A DNA stretch of 64,000 bases from an uncultured bacterium. GTDB taxonomy: Bacteria; Verrucomicrobiota; Verrucomicrobiia; Limisphaerales; UBA8199. The position numbers were made by a program, and so were the translations under genes. Location: contig CAVVMW010000022.1 of the NCBI GenBank assembly GCA_963749495.1, positions 512,001 to 576,000 on the forward strand, given 5' to 3'. Below the pieces are notes generated by a model. It ran no database searches. It saw nothing but the letters and a program-made list of their open reading frames with translations, and was not told the origin of the DNA. Position 1 is the first letter of the stretch, and each line of letters begins with the position of its first letter. This document shows positions 61,954 to 64,000 of this stretch, in pieces.

Positions 61954-62822
61954 TCACTGGCTGCGGATGGCATCGTTGATTTTGGCCGCCAGCTCTCTCG
62001 CCTCCTCTTCGGTGAAGTGGCCGGTAACCTGGGCCTTCCCATCTGATATTTCCGACCTGATCATCGGCGCAGAATACAGGTGGCCGTCCAAGACGATAGC
62101 GACGCGTTTGTTGATGTTGTCCTTGGTGAGTGCTGCAAACAGGTCCTTGCCTTCTTCATTGAACTCGACATCGATCTCTGGATCGCCAGATGACGCGTTC
62201 TTCGTCACGGTGACCGAACGGATCGCCGTCTGGTCCAAGAGTGGCGTTTTGTTGACCTGGAGGGTTTCTCCGTTGCTCGCATTGTTCGTCATTGGCTGCG
62301 TGTCCTCCCCGGGTTCATCGAGGACAAGTTGCAGTTGGAAGGGAGCCGGTGCGTTTGGTTGCGGGGTCGTAACGAGCGAGGGCTGACCAGGCGGATGAGG
62401 TGCTTTCGACTGGGCCCAACAACCAATTGCTCAAGCTCATGCTGGCGTCGGCGTAGCCGGCCGACTTCTCCTCTAAGCTTGAGCAACTCTCTCAAGCGGT
62501 CTGTGCTCAAGGACGTTCCAGCGAGCCGATTGGAACGGCTTCCGTTTTCGGAGTTGACCTGCACAATTTGTTCGGTCAGTGCGGCTTGCTGTTGCTGGAG
62601 CGTTTGGACTTGGGTTCGCAGCCTCGAAGCCTGGCGAGCTTCATAGATTCCTGTGCAGACTGCGGTAACGAGGGTGACGGCAATGAGAGTTCTTTGGATC
62701 GTATTCATCGCAACATTCTTGGTTACGGCGATGGAAGTCTAAATTGAAGCAGCAGATCTCGCAAGTGCAGCAGTGGACATGCCGGCGGCCAATCTAACGG
62801 GCGCAGTCTGAACGGCGTTGAT
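61954..62822 (-). pseudogene. remnant of an ECF sigma factor C-terminal extension fused to a SecDF P1-head-like domain
   Basis: NAVQTAP..LA...*...AMNTIQRTLIAVTL...GIYEARQASRLR; frameshift at ~62410; F...T..NINKRVAIVLDGHLYSAPMIRSEISDGKAQVTGHFTEEEARELA. Confidence 0.65.
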
Positions 62823-63230
62823 GTGCGTGGCGGGTTTCATTACCGTCCCCAACTCGCGGCAATCATCACCCCGCCGCCATCCACACCCGGCCGTAGCTCT
62901 CATTTCCCAGCTTTTCAGCCCGCCAATTGTATAGTAATCGCGCAACGCCGGTCCAGCTTTCCATCTCAATTCTGACAATAACCAGCCAAAGATCCGGGAA
63001 ACCGTCCAGAATGCCCCACAAACGATCAACTCCCCACCCCCTTCCCGCAAGACCTCCACCTCAAACGGACAGCTCCCAGGGCCATTTCTGCTCCAAATCC
63101 TGTACCGCCTCAGATGACCTTTAACGGTAACGGTCAAAGACAACGCTTGGAGACAACGCTCGGAGATGACCCAAGAGATGATGGCAGGAGATGAACCTGG
63201 GAGATGAACCTGGGAGATCAAGTCGCACCA

Positions 63231-63356
63231 AAAGTCTCAAAAGTCTCAAAAGTCTCAAAGATCTCCAAGGTCTCCAAAGTCCCCAGGATCTCGAAAGTCT
63301 TCAAAGTCTCCAAGGTCCCCAGGATCTCGAAGTCTCCAAAGTCTCGAAAGTCTCAG
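63231..63356. repeat. 9-bp degenerate tandem repeat (AAAGTCTC[A/C/G])n
   Basis: About 14 units. Confidence 0.85.
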
Positions 63357-63670
63357 GTTCCTTGATGAGGAGACTTGAGACTTGGTGGCGAGAAGAGGGA
63401 AAGAGACCAGTACTCCACCGTGACATGTCCAACTCGTTCACCCCGCCATCAACACCAGGGCATCAGGGCGTCGAGACCACGGCATGAAGATCACCAGGCA
63501 ACCAGGACGGTGTTTAATCGTGTCGCCGCGGATCTTGAAGGCGAGGGTCCAAGGTCACGCCAGGTCCTCTCCACCTCGACGGCAATCAAAAGGGGGGTGG
63601 AGGAATGTGCGCTATAATATCTTGTCTTTTGTCCCATAGGGGTGTAGGGTCGGCAGCGCTCGATTGAGCT

Positions 63671-64000
63671 ATGAAAATATCCTTTCCGTTCCTCTTTTGG
63701 GCCGCCGTTTGCGGCCTGTTCATGTTTGTCGAACTTGGCTCTGCTCAGACCCCGCCGCGTCTAGAACTGCGCCTGTCGGCAGGGCAACCGACCCTGAGCA
63801 TCACGGGAGAGACTGGAGCCGTTTATTCCATCCAGTCATCGACCGGGCTTTCTCCGTCGAACCAATGGGTTGACCGGGCGATCCTTCAGGTGCAGGGCAC
63901 CAACGATGTTTGGACTGATGCGTCGGCCCCCGCTCCCCGGCAGCAGTTTTACCGCGCGGTGTCCGTTTTTGCCCCGGCTGACACCAACCTGGTGTTGATC
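63671..64000 (+). CDS. secreted protein, probably FGE-sulfatase (SUMF1) family; 5' part only
   Basis: Manual translation: MKISFPFLFWAAVCGLFMFVELGSAQTPPRL...LSITGETGAVYSIQ...W...WTDAS....QFYRAV...DTNLVLI; the family call is inferred from the typical architecture. Confidence 0.6.
   Translation, partial: MKISFPFLFWAAVCGLFMFVELGSAQTPPRLELRLSAGQPTLSITGETGAVYSIQSSTGLSPSNQWVDRAILQVQGTNDVWTDASAPAPRQQFYRAVSVFAPADTNLVLI

Overview
64-kb window of a high-GC bacterial chromosome. Gene content and repeat style suggest Verrucomicrobiota (inference). Positions 1-~53.9 kb hold mostly housekeeping and metabolic genes: a DHOD-like/PFOR/acetate-CoA ligase-GNAT/acs cluster, pyrH, leuC-like, coaE, SNF2 helicase, lgt, miaA, fhs, MATE, and a HEAT + Gfo/Idh/MocA pair. 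These are interspersed with several toxin-antitoxin modules and many palindromic or tandem intergenic repeats. From ~53.9 kb to the end is a visibly less GC-rich, decayed accessory region starting with an IS66/DUF4338 element. The stand-out is an intact, intronless ~1157-aa homologue of plant alpha-glucan water dikinase (GWD1/R1) at 32530-36003, with tandem CBM45-like domains, the phospho-His motif and the ATP-binding domain. It lies near a glucan phosphorylase gene reduced to its two termini, suggesting a bacterial glucan-phosphorylation system. Other oddities are a YchF lacking its G-motifs, an FAH protein with its catalytic core deleted, a repeat-flanked MIF gene, and six frameshifts lying next to TCG(A) motifs (probably sequencing errors). 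All family assignments are by motif recognition only; no searches were run.
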